From assembly GCA_965213705.1 (NCBI GenBank), contig OZ243913.1:928001-992000 (forward strand): 64,000 bases of DNA. Reading direction: 5' to 3'. The DNA is from Trueperaceae bacterium (lineage in GTDB: Bacteria > Deinococcota > Deinococci > Deinococcales > Trueperaceae). A program made the translations under genes and the position numbers. The notes beneath the pieces are model-generated. The model was not told the DNA's origin and searched no databases. It worked only from the letters and a program-made list of their open reading frames with translations. Below are positions 21,105-32,848 of the stretch, piece after piece; the stretch's first letter is position 1; the number at the start of each line of letters is the position of its first letter.

Positions 21105-21536
21105 TCACTCTAGCCTTCGCGCCAGGGCGAACAGCGCGGCGTAGTAGCCGTCCACGCCCAAACCCGTCACCGTACCCACGCACACCGCCGAGACAAAACT
21201 GTGGTGCCGGAACGCTTCACGCGCGTGGGTGTTCGACAGGTGAACTTCGACGACGGGCACTTTAATCCCGGCCACCGCGTCGCGCAGCACGACCGACGTG
21301 TGGGTGAGGCCGCCGGGGTTGAGGACGACGCCCCGAAACCCTTCGTTACCAGCCCCGTGCAGCCACTCGAGCACCTGCCCCTCGTAATTGCTCTGGCGGC
21401 ACACGACCTCCAGCCCGAGCGTCGCACCCCACTCGCCACACATGTTTTCCAGGTCGGCTAAGGTTTGATAGCCGTACACTTCGGGCTCGCGTTGCCCGAG
21501 CAGGTTGAGGTTGGGGCCGTTGAGGACGAGAATCAT
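21105..21536 (-). CDS. aroQ: Type II 3-dehydroquinate dehydratase
   Basis: LNGPNLNLLG.REPEVYG, NPGGLTHTS, EVHLSN.HAREAFRH. Confidence 0.96.
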   Translation of the reverse strand: MILVLNGPNLNLLGQREPEVYGYQTLADLENMCGEWGATLGLEVVCRQSNYEGQVLEWLHGAGNEGFRGVVLNPGGLTHTSVVLRDAVAGIKVPVVEVHLSNTHAREAFRHHSFVSAVCVGTVTGLGVDGYYAALFALARRLE

Positions 21537-22600
21537 CGCGTCTCCTTGAGAGCGTTCCAGGCGGCAGCAAGTTCTTCTTTACTCACGTCGTCCACCATCA
21601 CGGGTTTGCCGACGGCCTCGAGCAACACGTACTTGACCTTGCCGGAATGCGTTTTTTTGTCGCGTTGGAGGTAGGGCTCGAGCGCTGTGAAGTTTTCAAG
21701 CTCGAGGGGGGCGGGCTGCAGCCAATTCAAGAACTCTTTAACACGTTCGGTTTCGTCCGCCAACCCTCTTTGGGTTGCGAGGTGGGCGTTGAACAGCAGT
21801 CCGTAAGCGACCGCGTCGCCGTGGCCCAGGCGGTGTTGGGTGGCGGCCTCGAGCGCATGGCCCAGGGTGTGGCCCAGGTTGAGGTGGGCGCGCACCCCCC
21901 TCTCAAACGGGTCGGCCGCGACGATGTCCGCCTTGACCTCCACCGAGCGCGCGACGAGACCGCTCAAAAAGTCGGCGTCGCCCTGCGGGGTGAACTCCGA
22001 GTTTTTGACGTCTTCCAAGATTCTCTCGTCGGCGAGCAGGCCGTGTTTGAACAGTTCGACCGCGCCCTGCCGAAACTCGCGCTCGCTTAAGCTGCGGAGC
22101 ATGTCCACGTCGATACCGACGGCCCGGGGTTGCCAAAACGCGCCGACCAAGTTTTTGCCCTGCGGCAAGTTCACGCCCGTTTTGCCGCCGACGGAGGCGT
22201 CCATCATCGCCAGCAAACTGGTCGGCAAGCTGTAAAACGCGACGCCGCGCAGGTACGTCGCGGCGACGAAACCCGCTAAGTCGCTCGTGACGCCGCCGCC
22301 CAGGGACAAGACCGCACCCTGCCGGTCAAAAGCGTCCAGGCTCAGGCGCTCGAGCAGTTCCCCATACGTCGTGAGCGTTTTGCTTCTCTCGCCGCCCGAA
22401 AACAGGTACACGCAAACCTCTTTGCCCGCGGCTTTCAGGGCCGCCTCGACCCTCGGGCCGTGACAGGCGTGAACCGCCACCTCGCAGACGAGGGCGACCC
22501 TGCCTTCGCTGACGAGGCCGCAGAACTCGCCGAGTATGCCGGAGCCGACCAGCACTTCGTACGGCGGCGCGACGTTTACGCTGAGTCTGAATCGGTCCAT
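21533..22600 (-). CDS. aroB: 3-dehydroquinate synthase
   Basis: GGGVTSDLAGFVAA, PTSLLAM.DASVGGKTGVN, LNLGHTLGHALE; start placed at ATG 22600. Confidence 0.93.
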   Translation of the reverse strand: MDRFRLSVNVAPPYEVLVGSGILGEFCGLVSEGRVALVCEVAVHACHGPRVEAALKAAGKEVCVYLFSGGERSKTLTTYGELLERLSLDAFDRQGAVLSLGGGVTSDLAGFVAATYLRGVAFYSLPTSLLAMMDASVGGKTGVNLPQGKNLVGAFWQPRAVGIDVDMLRSLSEREFRQGAVELFKHGLLADERILEDVKNSEFTPQGDADFLSGLVARSVEVKADIVAADPFERGVRAHLNLGHTLGHALEAATQHRLGHGDAVAYGLLFNAHLATQRGLADETERVKEFLNWLQPAPLELENFTALEPYLQRDKKTHSGKVKYVLLEAVGKPVMVDDVSKEELAAAWNALKETR

Positions 22601-23133
22601 TGCCACAGTTTCTCCACGATTTCCTCCACCACGTCGACCGAATCGCGGCCGTCCGACAAAATGTCGATGGTCGCCACGTCCTCGTAAGCGCTTTTTCGCG
22701 CCGCCATGAGTTCCTCGATGCGCTCGACCGGGTTGCCGATTTCCAGGAGGGGCCGCTTGTGCCGCCGGGTGCGCTGGTAGATGGTCTGCGGGCTCGCCCA
22801 CAGCACGACGACCGGGCCGCGGCTCTTGAGCATCTCGCGGTTTTCAGCGCGCACGACCGTCCCGCCGCCGGTCGACACGACGACCTCGTCGAGTCTAAGG
22901 CAGCGCCGCACGACTTCGGTTTCGTAGTCGCGGAACGTCTGTTCGCCGTAGGTCTCGAAAATGTCGCCGATGCGCATACAGCTCACTCGCTCGATAACCT
23001 TGTCGGTGTCAATAAAGGTGAGGCCGAGTCGGCGCGACAGTTCCCAGCCGATGCGGCTTTTGCCCGCGCCCATAAACCCGGCCAAGGCGACCCAGGTGAC
23101 GGGCCGTTCCAACTCCACTTGACGATGTACCAC
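22576..23133 (-). CDS. aroK: Shikimate kinase
   Basis: GFMGAGKS, GEQTFRDYE, STGGG, RPLL. Confidence 0.94.
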   Translation of the reverse strand: MVHRQVELERPVTWVALAGFMGAGKSRIGWELSRRLGLTFIDTDKVIERVSCMRIGDIFETYGEQTFRDYETEVVRRCLRLDEVVVSTGGGTVVRAENREMLKSRGPVVVLWASPQTIYQRTRRHKRPLLEIGNPVERIEELMAARKSAYEDVATIDILSDGRDSVDVVEEIVEKLWQWTDSDSA

Positions 23134-23142
23134 GGCCGCGAC

Positions 23143-24297
23143 CTAGTAGCTGGCGACGTAGGCCGTGTGCGCGGCGAGCCGTTCGGTGAGTTCGCGCACC
23201 GTGTCCGCGCCGAACTTTTCGAGCAGCGCGTCGGCGACGACGAGCGCGGTCATCGCCAGCAGCACAACGGAGGCTGCCGGCACGGCGGTCGTGTCGGAGC
23301 GTTCCCGCGCGGCGTCGGCCGCCTCGTGCGTGACCACGTCGACGGTCGGCAGGGGTCGCATGAGGGTGGCGATGGGTTTCATGGCGGCCCGAATCACAAG
23401 CTCTTCGCCCGTGGTGATGCCGCCCTCCAACCCGCCCGAGCGGTTCGTCTTGCGGTAGTAGCCGTCGTCACTGCGAAAAATCGCGTCGTGAACGTCGCTG
23501 CCTGCGCGCAGCGCGTTTTCCCAGCCGTCGCCGATTTCGACGCCCTTGATGGCTTGGATGCTCATGGCCGCCTGCCCCAAACGCCCGTCGAGTTTGCGGT
23601 CCCACTGGGTGTGGCTGCCCAAGCCCACCGGCACGCCGCGAAAACGCGCCTCGATGATGCCGCCCAGCGTGTCGCCGTTCTTTTTGGCGTCGTCGATGCG
23701 CGCGATGATTTTGGCTTCGGCCTCGCGGTCGAAGCTGCGAATCGGGCTGTCGTCGAGTTTGTCTAAAGCGTCCCAATCCATGCCGGCGTCGCAAGGAATC
23801 CCGGCGAAGTTGACCACTCGAGCGCACGCCTGCACGCCCGCGACTTCCAACAGCCGCAGCGCCACCGCGCCCGCCGCCACCCGGCTCGCGGTTTCTCTGG
23901 CCGAGGCGCGCTCGAGCACGTCGCGCAAGTCTTTGTGGCCGTACTTGACGCCACCTGCCAAGTCGACGTGGCCGGGCCGAGCCTCGGTCAGGGCTTTTTT
24001 GCGCGGCTCGTTGCCGGGTTCGGCGGCCATAATCTCCGACCAGTTGCGCCAGTCGCGGTTGTCAATCCGCATGGACAAGGGTGCGCCGGTCGTGCGCCCG
24101 GCCCGGACGCCCGCCAACAGCTGCGCGCAGTCGCTTTCTATCACCATGCGCCGACCGCGCCCGTAACCGCCCTGGCGGCGGCGCAGCCAGGGGTCGACGT
24201 GCTTTTCAGCAACAAGCTCTAAACCGGACGGCACCCCGTCCAGCAACACAGTCAGGGACGGCCCGTGCGACTCGCCCGCGGATAAATATCTAAGCAT
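23143..24297 (-). CDS. aroC: Chorismate synthase
   Basis: AGESHG, RPGHVD, ERASARET, GGLEGG, MKPIATL; TAGGCT box 6 nt upstream. Confidence 0.96.
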   Translation of the reverse strand: MLRYLSAGESHGPSLTVLLDGVPSGLELVAEKHVDPWLRRRQGGYGRGRRMVIESDCAQLLAGVRAGRTTGAPLSMRIDNRDWRNWSEIMAAEPGNEPRKKALTEARPGHVDLAGGVKYGHKDLRDVLERASARETASRVAAGAVALRLLEVAGVQACARVVNFAGIPCDAGMDWDALDKLDDSPIRSFDREAEAKIIARIDDAKKNGDTLGGIIEARFRGVPVGLGSHTQWDRKLDGRLGQAAMSIQAIKGVEIGDGWENALRAGSDVHDAIFRSDDGYYRKTNRSGGLEGGITTGEELVIRAAMKPIATLMRPLPTVDVVTHEAADAARERSDTTAVPAASVVLLAMTALVVADALLEKFGADTVRELTERLAAHTAYVASY

Positions 24298-24329
24298 CCT
24301 TAAAGCCTAGCACGCGCCGCGAAGCCGTG

Positions 24330-24367
24330 ACGAAAGCCGCGTCTTGTCGACAAGACGCGGCTTTCGT
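24330..24367. terminator. Perfect 38-bp palindrome, probable terminator of the pil operon
   Basis: ACGAAAGCCGCGTCTTGTC|GACAAGACGCGGCTTTCGT just downstream of pilQ. Confidence 0.75.
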
Positions 24368-24385
24368 TCGGAGTTTGAAGACGGT

Positions 24386-26017
24386 TTATTCGATGACGTC
24401 GGCCGTGACCACGAGGAGCAGTTCGGTGTCGGTGCGGGAAGTGCTGTTGGTTTTGAACAAGTTGCCCACCAGCGGAATGCTGCTTAAAAGCGGCACGCCC
24501 TGTACCGACTGCGTAAACTGGTTTTGGATGAGCCCGCCTAACAGCACGGTTTGGCCCGGCTCGAGCGTGACCGTCGAAGACACTTTGCGCTCGGAAAAGT
24601 CGATGCGCTGCGGGATGCCGCCTTCGTTGAAGGGCGTGAGCAGGTCGGACACCTCGGCCGTGACGTCCAGGATGACCCGGCCGTCGCTCGAGATGCGCGG
24701 CGTCACTTCGATAATCACCCCGAAGTTGATGGTGCGCTGGCTGGTAGTACCGTCCGGGCCGGGGTAAGTGATTTCGATGCGCCCGCCCGACTTGATGTTG
24801 AAGGGTTGGTTGTTCAAGACCGTCATGTTGCTGTCGTCGACGCGGCGCGACAGACCTTGGCTTTCTAGGGTGTCGAGCACCGCTCCTAAGTTGAGGCCGG
24901 AGACCGCGTTTTGCGCGTCGAAGATGAAGTTGAGGCTGCCGCCCAAAATAGTCGTGGCGAAGTTGCCGATGCCCGCCGCTAAGTTGATACCCAAGTTGTC
25001 GGCGGCTCGAGAGGTGATTTCTTGAATCCGCACCTGCACGTTGACCTGCTGCTGCGGCACGTCGAGCTGCGGGATGAGGGCGGCAATCTGCTCTTGTATG
25101 GTTGGGGTTGCTGTAACTATGAGGCTGTTCGTGCGTTCGTCGGCGACGACAGTAAAAGGTTGAGCTGGAGCGGCGCTGGGTGTGGCAATAACGGCGGTGT
25201 CGGGCAGGGCGGGGCTCGAGCCGTCCACGCTCGTAGCATCCCCCACGGCGTCGATGCTGCGCTCGACGCCGGAAGTTTGCAGCACATCGGCGAGCGTGTC
25301 AGCTTTGGCGTTGGCTAAGGTGTAAATGCGGAGAACCTGGGTTTCATTCGTTTTTTGCCCTGCTATAGGTTGGTCTAGCTCTTGAATAATTGAGGCAATT
25401 TCATCTTGAAGGATTTCTGGAGCCGTAATAATTAAGCTGTTCGTTCTTGGGTCTGCAGAGACGGTAACATCAGCTTGACGAAGTCCAAAGCCTGCCTCAC
25501 CTGTTCCGCCAAGTTCCTGTGTTCCCGAAGTTTGTATTAGGGAAACAGCGCTTCCGTCGAGCACGTCTTTGACGGCTTCAGCCTGCGCGAAGGTCAAACG
25601 ATATATTCGCCGAGTGAATTGTAGGTCTCTTCCTCTTCCGACGTTGTCTGTAAGAACTGCGTCGCCTCTGACTTTGGCAACAATCTCGGGAGGGCCGACA
25701 ACGATAACGTCGTTTTCCAGAAGCACATAGTCCAAGCTGTTCAGGGTCAAAAGCGTGTTCCACACTTGTCGGAACGGTTTGGGGCTGTCGACGTTGATAG
25801 AAACGACCGTGTCGGGAACGCTCTCCACAATAGGGGTGAGCCCGACGCCCCGCGCCAAGCTTTCGACCAACGCGCGCAGCATTTCGCCGTCTTGCTTGGA
25901 CACGAGGACGGTAGGCTCGCTATAGCGAGCGTCCTCAGGCAGGGGCGCGAGTTGCGCGGCGGCGCTGCACCAGAGAACCGCCAACAAAGTCAAACCGAAT
26001 AAACGTTTCATGTTCAC
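24386..26017 (-). CDS. pilQ: Type IV pilus/competence secretin PilQ
   Basis: Two secretin N domains (D.RTNSLI), QQVNVQVRIQE, GQTVLLGGL, VPLLSSIPLVGNLFK. Confidence 0.9.
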   Translation of the reverse strand: MNMKRLFGLTLLAVLWCSAAAQLAPLPEDARYSEPTVLVSKQDGEMLRALVESLARGVGLTPIVESVPDTVVSINVDSPKPFRQVWNTLLTLNSLDYVLLENDVIVVGPPEIVAKVRGDAVLTDNVGRGRDLQFTRRIYRLTFAQAEAVKDVLDGSAVSLIQTSGTQELGGTGEAGFGLRQADVTVSADPRTNSLIITAPEILQDEIASIIQELDQPIAGQKTNETQVLRIYTLANAKADTLADVLQTSGVERSIDAVGDATSVDGSSPALPDTAVIATPSAAPAQPFTVVADERTNSLIVTATPTIQEQIAALIPQLDVPQQQVNVQVRIQEITSRAADNLGINLAAGIGNFATTILGGSLNFIFDAQNAVSGLNLGAVLDTLESQGLSRRVDDSNMTVLNNQPFNIKSGGRIEITYPGPDGTTSQRTINFGVIIEVTPRISSDGRVILDVTAEVSDLLTPFNEGGIPQRIDFSERKVSSTVTLEPGQTVLLGGLIQNQFTQSVQGVPLLSSIPLVGNLFKTNSTSRTDTELLLVVTADVIE

Positions 26018-28032
26018 CCACCTGGATTGAGAATGAGAATTTGTTTTTCGTCTTCTAGGGTCAGTTCGGCTTGTTCGCCTTTGAGACTTGTCAACACGAT
26101 GTCGGTACCCGGAATGGTTTGCCCCAAGTTGACAATGACCGGGGTTGCAGCCTCGTTGGACCTGAACACGCCCACGCCGACCGCACTGATGACGTAACCC
26201 GTAAAACGGTAGTTGCCGTCGCGCAAAAACCGGGTCAGCCCGGACGTGCCCGCCGCTATCGGGTTGCCCAGGGCCGGGCCGCGGCCGGACGTACCGGCCA
26301 GCGGTAGGGGTTCGGCCTCGTTGACCTCGGCTTGCGGCAGCGCGGGGGGCGCGGCGTCGGCGAAGTTCGGGCTGGTTGCGCGGCCGGGCACGCGCAGCGC
26401 GGCCAGTTCGACCAGGGGTGCAACCTCAGGTGTGGCGGCCGCGGCGACAGGCTCGGCGCGCGTCGTCCTTAGCAGGTCGGGTGTGACCGGCAGGGTGCCG
26501 CCGGGGAGGGGCCGTGGCAGGGACGCCACGACGCCGGCGCGCGGTGTGAGCGGTTGGGGTGCGGGGGCGGTGACGCGGGTCGGCACCTGGGGCGCGCTCA
26601 CCTCTATGGGGACGCCCGCAGCGACGGGGGCGTCGGGAATCGGCACGTCGACAATGCCGGACGGTGTGCTGGGCGGTGCCAAACTAAAGTCCGAAGAACC
26701 CGCCGGGGCAACGCTTGGTGCGGCGAAAACTTGGGTTTGGGGTTGCTCGGGCGGCGGGGCGAGCAGGATGGGCGAAAAAGGATTGACTGTCGCCCGCAGT
26801 TCGCCGTTCGGGCGGGCTAAGTCCAAGTCCGGCGCAGCGCCCGCCTCCGGGGTGTCCAGGGCAGGAGGTTCGGTGACCAGAAAGGGCAGTTCGGCGACCT
26901 CGACCTCTCGAGCCGTCAGGGGACCGTCGGTCGCCACCACGCCCAAGCGTTCACTCCCTTCGGTTTGCGCATCCGTGGTTTGTGTATCCGTGGTTTGCGC
27001 AACCGTGGTTTCTGAAACCGTCTGCGCTGTCTCCGCTTGCGCACTCTCCGTCTGTGCAATCTCCGTTTGTCCAGTCTCCATCTGTGCGGGCTCGACTGCG
27101 GGAGCGTCAGGCGCTGAGCCGGCTACCGCTGTGCTGTCTACCGCTGCGCCGGCTACCCCTAAGCTGCCTACCGCTAAGCCGTCTACCGTTGCGCCGTCAA
27201 GCGCCGAAGAGTCGGCCAGGGGAGTAGCTTCTATACCGACGGGCGACGCGTCCGGCAGCGGCGTGTCCGACACCGATGAACCTGACGCCGACGAACCTGA
27301 CGCCGACGAATCTAGCGCTGATGAATTTAACACCGGCGCAGTTGACGCGCCCGGTACCGGCGTCTCGACCGGGGGGGCAACCTGCTGGGCGGCAGAGGCC
27401 GCGTCGGTATTTTGAGGTTCTACTTGCTCCAACGCCGCACCCTCGAGCGCCGCACCCTCCAACGCCGCACCTTCAACCGTTGGGACGGCGACCGCCGTCC
27501 CAACGACCGGGCCTTCGGCCGCTACGTCCTGGCCTGCCAGAGCTACGTCCTGGCCTGCCGAACCGTCACCCTCGACGGCGGCAGCTCCGGACGATTCGCG
27601 CCCAGGCACAGAAGCTTGAACTGAAGCTCGAGCGGCAGTTTCGGCCGCGTCGACCGGGGTCGGCAGGTCGCTGTCGCCGCCGGTCGAGGCGGCGCTGGCG
27701 GCCGTGTCCGGGGCGAGCGTGTTCGCAAAGGCCGAGCCCGACGTCTCGCCTGCGGAGGCGCCGGTGTCAGCAGCCTGGGTGTCGGCAGCCTGGGCGTCCG
27801 TGCGTTGGGTGTCCGCGACTTGGGCGCCTGCGAGTTGCGTGTCTGTAGCGACGTCGGGTGCGACTTGGGTGGCCGCTTCGGGGGTGGTTTCGTTCAGGCT
27901 GGCGAGGGGTACGGCCGGCGTGGTGAACGCTTGTCTGTTCTGGCTGAAGTAGTTGACCCACACCCAGGCGGCGGCGGCCACAAAGACCAACGCGAGCAGT
28001 ACCCTCGCCTCTCTCGAGATTCTCATGGGCAC
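26014..28032 (-). CDS. PilW-like membrane-anchored protein with long low-complexity linker
   Basis: N-terminal TM, Ala/Pro/Thr/Glu repeats, NPFSPI motif, C-terminal beta domain; position matches Thermus pilMNOWQ. Confidence 0.7.
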   Translation of the reverse strand: MPMRISREARVLLALVFVAAAAWVWVNYFSQNRQAFTTPAVPLASLNETTPEAATQVAPDVATDTQLAGAQVADTQRTDAQAADTQAADTGASAGETSGSAFANTLAPDTAASAASTGGDSDLPTPVDAAETAARASVQASVPGRESSGAAAVEGDGSAGQDVALAGQDVAAEGPVVGTAVAVPTVEGAALEGAALEGAALEQVEPQNTDAASAAQQVAPPVETPVPGASTAPVLNSSALDSSASGSSASGSSVSDTPLPDASPVGIEATPLADSSALDGATVDGLAVGSLGVAGAAVDSTAVAGSAPDAPAVEPAQMETGQTEIAQTESAQAETAQTVSETTVAQTTDTQTTDAQTEGSERLGVVATDGPLTAREVEVAELPFLVTEPPALDTPEAGAAPDLDLARPNGELRATVNPFSPILLAPPPEQPQTQVFAAPSVAPAGSSDFSLAPPSTPSGIVDVPIPDAPVAAGVPIEVSAPQVPTRVTAPAPQPLTPRAGVVASLPRPLPGGTLPVTPDLLRTTRAEPVAAAATPEVAPLVELAALRVPGRATSPNFADAAPPALPQAEVNEAEPLPLAGTSGRGPALGNPIAAGTSGLTRFLRDGNYRFTGYVISAVGVGVFRSNEAATPVIVNLGQTIPGTDIVLTSLKGEQAELTLEDEKQILILNPGG

Positions 28033-28619
28033 TCCCCTGAGTTCGGATTCACGCCGGTATAAACGTAGACGGTAAAGTCATAGCTGGCGTCCAGGGCAGG
28101 GTTGTCGACGGCGTCGTCGTTGAGCGCCAAGTTGACCTGACGAATTTTGGTAAAACGTTGCAAGCTCTCGAGTAGGTCCAAAAACTTCATCGTTTGGACG
28201 TAGCTCCCGGCGGTGGCGACCGAAAAGCCCAGCGAACGCACCGACTCTATTTCCTCGCTGTCGGGGCCGCCCTGGGAGACGCTGCTGAATTCGACCCCGG
28301 CCGTCTCTGCGCCCTCGCGCAACTGGTCGAGCAGGCTTGACACTTCGCTGGCAAGGGGCAACTCGGCCAGAAAGGCGCAACGCTCTCCTTGCAGCGCTAA
28401 GATGTCGGCTTCTAAGGAGACGATGCTGTCCCGAGCGATTTCGCCGGTGCGAATGTCGGCGTTGAGCGCCTCTATTTGTACGTCCAAGTCGGCGATACGC
28501 GCTTGCGCCGGACGGTACAAGTAAAAGTACCAAAGCAAACTCAGCAAAACCGTCACCACGATGATGAGAAGGGCGACGTCGCGTTGCCGCAGTTTGCTGA
28601 GGCTGAAACTCAGTTTCAT
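28023..28619 (-). CDS. pilO: Type IV pilus assembly protein PilO
   Basis: TM plus coiled coil, ELP..SEVSSLL, GSY...MKFL..LE.LQRF; operon position. Confidence 0.85.
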   Translation of the reverse strand: MKLSFSLSKLRQRDVALLIIVVTVLLSLLWYFYLYRPAQARIADLDVQIEALNADIRTGEIARDSIVSLEADILALQGERCAFLAELPLASEVSSLLDQLREGAETAGVEFSSVSQGGPDSEEIESVRSLGFSVATAGSYVQTMKFLDLLESLQRFTKIRQVNLALNDDAVDNPALDASYDFTVYVYTGVNPNSGECP

Positions 28620-29245
28620 TGTGTTTCTCCGACCGCGCTGAGCACGTCCCCGACCGCGCCGATGCTTAAACTGTAGGTGTAAATACCCGTTTCCTCGTCA
28701 CGAGCGGCGCTCTGAAAAGAAACGCCGAAGTCGGGTGAGGTTTCCAGGGCTTGAACGAACTCGACCAACACTTCAGGGTTGACGACGTTGCCGCTGACGT
28801 CCATTTCGGCGACGACCGGCCGCCCTTCAAAGCGGCTTTCGTCGGCACTGGGCGGCGTGACGGCCCGCATGGTCAAACTTTGAAAGTCGATGCGGGGGCG
28901 CAACGCCTCGCCCTGCGAAGGCAAAGTCTCGAGCACCGCCCCCAGTTCGCCGGTCCACATGATGCGGTCGGCCTGGACCGCGTTGCGAACCCCGATGAGG
29001 TCGTTGAGTTGCTGTTGCTGCGCGACGAGTTCGTTGCGGCGCGCGATAAACTCTTGCAGGGCCGCCTTGCGCGCCTCGAGCGTAACGACCTCCGCTTGTT
29101 TGTTGGCGACCGTTTGGTTGACCGCGTACTGCACAAAAGCGAGCGTGCCGAGCACCAAAAGCGGGAACAGCACCGCGACAAAACGCCAGTAGCCGGGCTC
29201 GCGCACCCGCCGCAAATGCTTGGGAAGTAAGTTGACGTTAATCAA
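28616..29245 (-). CDS. pilN: Type IV pilus assembly protein PilN
   Basis: INVNLLP N-terminal signature, TM, coiled coil. Confidence 0.88.
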   Translation of the reverse strand: MINVNLLPKHLRRVREPGYWRFVAVLFPLLVLGTLAFVQYAVNQTVANKQAEVVTLEARKAALQEFIARRNELVAQQQQLNDLIGVRNAVQADRIMWTGELGAVLETLPSQGEALRPRIDFQSLTMRAVTPPSADESRFEGRPVVAEMDVSGNVVNPEVLVEFVQALETSPDFGVSFQSAARDEETGIYTYSLSIGAVGDVLSAVGETQ

Positions 29246-30425
29246 CGGCGCTCACCCCTCGCAAGGCCAAACCCAAAGGCACCGCGAACTCGGGTCCGAC
29301 CCGGAGCAAGTACTGCGTGTCGAAGCGGTTCGGGTCAATTGTCACGGTGAGCCACGGGTCGCCGAGTTCGACCTTGAACCCCAGCGCGTCGCCGATGGCT
29401 TCGGGCAGGCCGCGCAGCTTGGCGCCGCCGCCGGTGACAAACACCCGGTTGATGTTGGCGTCGCCGGCTTGAACCCGGAAAAATTCCAAACTGCGCCTGA
29501 TTTCGGTCGTCAGGTCGACCAGCACCGGACGCAACGCCTCGTAAACGCGGCTCGGGCTGAACTGTTCACGTTTGACGTCGAAGTTGAGCAACTCTTCTTC
29601 GTCTTCGGTGGGAATGGTGGCGGTGCCGTAGTCGAGCTTGACCTCTTCGGCGCTGTCGAAGTCCAGCCCGAACGAGCGCTGGATGGCGGCGGTGAACTCG
29701 TCGCCCGACACGCCGATGTTGCGGTTCATCAGGACGCGGTCGCCGCGGACCAGGGTAATCGTCGTGTTCGAGGCGGCGATTTCCAGCACCACCCCGATTT
29801 CACCGCCCTCGGTGTAGGTGTTGCCGACCAGGGTGGTTTTGTCGAGGTGTTCGCCCAACAGCGAGCCGCGCAGCGAGCGCAACAGGCTGAACGGTTTGAT
29901 GTCCACGACCACGGGTTCCAACCCCGCCAGCCGCAAGTAGTCGACCTGCTCGGTTACTAAGTCCAGTCTGGCCGCGGCGATGACGACCTCCAACTGCTGG
30001 TCGTCCTCCACGTCGTTCGGGTTGTCGAGGACGTAGTAGTCGAGGACGACCTCGTCGATAGGAAAGGGAATATAGCGTTCGGCTTCCCACTTGATGGCCT
30101 CGTCGAGTTCGGCCAGGGTCATTTTCGGCACCTGGATGTTGCGCGTGATGGCCTGGCGGTTGCTGACCGCCGTGGCGACAAAGCGTTTTGATATGCCCGC
30201 TTCCTCGAACAGGGCTTTTACTTCGGCGGCCAGACCGGCCGCGTCAACGATGTTGTCGTCTTGAATGAGGCCGGGGGGCATGGGCCGCAGGGCCAGGGTG
30301 ACGAGGCTGGGTGGGGACCCCCCGTGCAGCTCGACCACTTTGATGGCGCTCGTGCCAATTTCCAACCCGACAGCTTCCGTGCGGGGATTGAACAAGCGCG
30401 TCAAAGAATCGCGCAGTGAAGCCAT
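29238..30425 (-). CDS. pilM: Type IV pilus assembly protein PilM
   Basis: GLEIGTSAIKVVEL, WEAERYIPFP, EIRRSLEFF, TGGGAKL. Confidence 0.93.
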   Translation of the reverse strand: MASLRDSLTRLFNPRTEAVGLEIGTSAIKVVELHGGSPPSLVTLALRPMPPGLIQDDNIVDAAGLAAEVKALFEEAGISKRFVATAVSNRQAITRNIQVPKMTLAELDEAIKWEAERYIPFPIDEVVLDYYVLDNPNDVEDDQQLEVVIAAARLDLVTEQVDYLRLAGLEPVVVDIKPFSLLRSLRGSLLGEHLDKTTLVGNTYTEGGEIGVVLEIAASNTTITLVRGDRVLMNRNIGVSGDEFTAAIQRSFGLDFDSAEEVKLDYGTATIPTEDEEELLNFDVKREQFSPSRVYEALRPVLVDLTTEIRRSLEFFRVQAGDANINRVFVTGGGAKLRGLPEAIGDALGFKVELGDPWLTVTIDPNRFDTQYLLRVGPEFAVPLGLALRGVSAVD

Positions 30426-30902
30426 AGTGTCCCCTCCTTAAGTCAGGTCAAGTTAGCACGCACCTAAAAACGCGGGAGGTAAAATTTTCGCACTTCGGAA
30501 AATGGAAAATATCCGAGTTTCAGCAGGTTTTCTCGGAAAACTCGCTCCTTTGGCAAAGCTCGGCACAAGAGCACACCGCCCTCGCTGAGCCGAGTGAAAA
30601 ATGCCCCGTGCAAGAGAAAGACCGAAACGCACGCCTCTTGCTCGGCCATTAACCAAACGGCTCGAGCCGGCGTTTTCTGCAGCCGGCGTTTTCAGTTGGT
30701 GTTAAGACAAATATTGAAACGGCTGCGTGGGTCGACTTTTTCTCGCATCCGCTTGTCTGAGCGTCTCAGTGACTCATGAAAAAGCCAACCGCTGCACTTT
30801 GCGAACGGACAAACTTGATGACTCGGCTTGACAACTCAGAACTTAAAAACCTCACTCCGGTTACGCGTCGGGGTGAGGTTCGGTGTTTGGGGCAAACCGT
30901 TG

Positions 30903-32798
<1,896 letters not shown>

Positions 32799-32848
32799 AG
32801 TCTAAAGTCTACCCCTTAACTGTCAAACATATGTGATAGGTGCTTAAC

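Noticed and set aside
21533..22801. 422-aa version of aroB
   Set aside because: The extension overlaps aroK in another frame; ATG 22600 gives a normal length
30426..30902. Possible ncRNA or small gene between ftsH and pilM
   Set aside because: Only short duplications and weak ORFs; no recognisable RNA family
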